A model generated the notes under the pieces. It did not search any database, was not told where the DNA came from, and worked only from the letters and a program-made list of their open reading frames with translations. Source: Mobula hypostoma (Eukaryota). From it: a stretch of DNA of 64,000 nt. This document shows positions 61,429 through 64,000 of the stretch, piece by piece (position 1 is the stretch's first letter; every line of letters starts with the position of its first letter). The DNA lies in the NCBI RefSeq assembly GCF_963921235.1, contig NC_086097.1, positions 124,436,001-124,500,000 of the forward strand, written 5' to 3'. The translations under genes and the position numbers were made by a program.

Positions 61429-61634
61429 TATACATAAATGATACTAGGTGCAGGAGTATTCAAACACAAGGTGACTGACTGGAAATTACATTGTCACCTC
61501 AAGACTTGTAGTGGAAGTAGATCACTGTCGATTCCAATGTTCTGGTTAATAAGTACCAAGTCTAGGTTAACACTGATTCCACCTCCACAGATGCTGACTG
61601 ACTTGCTGAATATTTCAGGTGTTCTGGTTTTAGA

Positions 61635-62318
61635 CAATAGACAACAGGTGCAGGAGTAGGCCATTCAGTCCTTCGAGCCAGCACCACCATTCACTGTGAT
61701 CATGGCTGATCATCTACAATCAGTACTCTGTTCCTGCCTTTTCCCCATATCCCTTGACTCCGCTATATTTCAAAGCTCTATCTAACTCTTGCTTGAAAGA
61801 ATCCAGAGAATTGGCCACCACTGCCTTCTGAGGCAGAGCATTCCACAGATCTACAACCCTCTGTGTGAAAAAGTTTTTCCTCAACTCCGTTCTAAATGGT
61901 CTACCCCTTATTCTTAAACTGTGGCCTCTGGTTCTCGACTCCCCCAACATCGGGAACATGTTTCCTGCCTCTAGCGTATCCAATCGCTTAATAATCTTAT
62001 ATGTTTCAAACAGATCCCTTCTCATTCTTCTAAATTCCAGTGTATACAAGCCCAGTCGCTCCAATCTTTCAACATATGACATTCCCGCCATCCCTGGAAT
62101 TAACCCAGTAAACCTACACTGCACTTCCTCCATAGCAAGAATGTCCTTCCTCAAATTTGGAGACCAAAACTGCACACAATACTCCAGGTGGGGTCTCACC
62201 AGGGCCTTGTACAACTGCAGAAGGACCTCTTTGCTCTTATACTCAACTCCCCTTGTTATGAAGGCCAACATGCCTTTAGCTTTCTTCACTGCCTGCTGAA
62301 CCTGTATGCTTACTTTCA
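61635..62318 (-). mobile_element. CR1-type LINE young 3' fragment
   Basis: ORF 61720..62430 is open through RPHLEYCVQFWSP..FFTQRVVDLWNALP; (TTGTCTA)n tail. Confidence 0.92.
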
Positions 62319-62654
62319 GATTTATTGCAGATGCTTGCCCATATTTCTTTGGGAACTGTGCTATTGAGACCAGTCTACGAGCCCACACTGCCTGCAGGGC
62401 CTTATTGAAAAAGAACACGAAATATGGCATGTGTCCATTGTTGTAGTCTTAAATGATCACAAAGATAAATAGTTCAGAACTATCACAAACTCCACAGGGA
62501 GAGCAGACTAAACACAAGTGTGCATGGTTCCATTTGCCAAGCTCCTGTTGCAGACAGTGGCAAGCATCAGTGACCGTCTCTTCTCAAAACTTTGGCCTCT
62601 GCATATCTTCCTTTGTAAACAGACCGGAGCATTTCTCCCAGAAGACTGTTGGCA

Positions 62655-63380
62655 GACAGCCAGATCAAAGGTGGTGACATATTGGCATATCGGAGAGAGA
62701 TTGAAAATCTGGCTGAACGGTGCCACAACAACAATCTCTCACTCATAGACAGCAAATTCAAAGAGCCAATTGTCAGCTACAGGAGGAAAAAGCCAAAGGT
62801 CTATGAGCTGGGCCTCATTAGGGAATTGGAGATGGAGAGAGAGCTTTAGATTCTCTGCTATTATCATGTCAGAGGATCTGTCCCAGGACCAGCATGTAAG
62901 AGCCATCACAAAGATGGCTCAACAGCATCTCCACTTTCTTAGAAGTTGTCACCTAAAACTTTGTCAAACTTCAATAGATGTACAGTGGGGAGTATCCTGC
63001 CTGATGGCATCACAGCCTGGCATGGAAACAGCAATGCTCAGAAACGGAAGAGTGTACAGAAGGTAGTAAATAGTGCCCAATCAATCACAGGCAAAGCCCT
63101 CTCCATCACTGAGCACATTTACAAGGAGCACTGCTACAATAAAGCAGCATCCATCATCAAGGGCCCCCAGCATCCAGACCATGCTCTCTTCTCACTAGTA
63201 CCATCAAATAGGAGGTGCAGGAGCCTTAGGTCCCACACCACCAGGTTGAGGAACAGTTATTACCCTACAATCATCAGGCTCCTGAACCGGTGTGGATAAC
63301 TTCACTCACCTCAACTCTGAATTGATTCCTCAACCCATGGTCTCACTTTCAATGACTCTACAACACATGTTCTCAATATA
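62655..63380 (+). mobile_element. Rex1/Babar-like LINE 3' fragment
   Basis: ORF 62946..63299 MSPKTLSNFNRCTVGSIL..RLRNSYYPTIIRLLN. Confidence 0.82.
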
Positions 63381-64000
63381 CATATACACAGTATGTATAT
63401 TTATATTGAGAACAAGTTGTACCATTATATACATACACACACACACACCTCTACACATATCTATTGTATATATATATATATATACACACAGACACACACA
63501 CAGACTCACTTACGCAATTTGTGGATGAGACCAAAATAGGGGCTGTAGTGGACAGCGAGGAAGACTACCAAAGCTTCCAGATGGTGGAACTGGCTGAAGA
63601 ATGGCAGATGGAATTGAATACAGATAAGTGTGAGGTGCTGCACTTCGGGAGAACTGTCCAGGGTAGGTCTAACACACGGTGAATGTCACATGTCACTGGA
63701 TGTTTTGATGTACATGTCATATATCATCCTCCTCCTCTGTTCTTCAAATGTTAGTAAAACAGTGATTGGCTTTTTAAGGACTTAATTGAATGTATTAGGG
63801 GAATGTTTTGTAACCGAGTTGATATTGACTTCAGTTTTGAGTCAAAGGAGTCCACGCCAATGATACAGCTCAATCATCCAAATATCCAACAACTATTTCT
63901 GTTTAAAAGTGGAGATAAACTGCAGTAACAATACAACTCCTGACTACACAAATATTTGTGCACCCAATTAACCAGCGACTCAGCTCAAACAGGAACATCA

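Overview
Eukaryotic genomic DNA, not prokaryotic. The repeat repertoire (CR1 and Rex1/Babar LINEs, V-SINEs, Penelope-type terminal repeats) suggests a cartilaginous fish, probably a ray (inference). The only host coding sequence I can support is five minus-strand internal exons (60426-60336, 57780-57693, 23006-22937, 15997-15905, 8767-8564). They splice in frame into 546 nt / 182 codons of the FERM-like region of an SNX17/SNX31-family sorting nexin, best matching SNX31. Both ends of the gene appear to lie outside the window. The rest is intron, densely filled with nested and mostly decayed transposons: CR1, Rex1/Babar, RTE-like and HERO-like LINE pieces, two Gypsy LTR elements, Tc1 copies and MITEs, a hAT-like deletion derivative, and tRNA-derived SINEs. 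Almost all ORFs in the supplied track are TE remnants or chance ORFs. The most notable structure is a family of about a dozen short Penelope-like terminal repeats carrying minimal type I hammerhead ribozyme motifs, including one intact, TSD-flanked 132-bp insertion at 61297-61428 and several fold-back units. Other highlights are a probable GC-AG intron, a 6-bp-TSD hAT-like element, an inverted HERO-like copy and unexplained intronic duplications. Family names come from recalled motifs, not database searches. TE boundaries without TSDs or TIRs are approximate.
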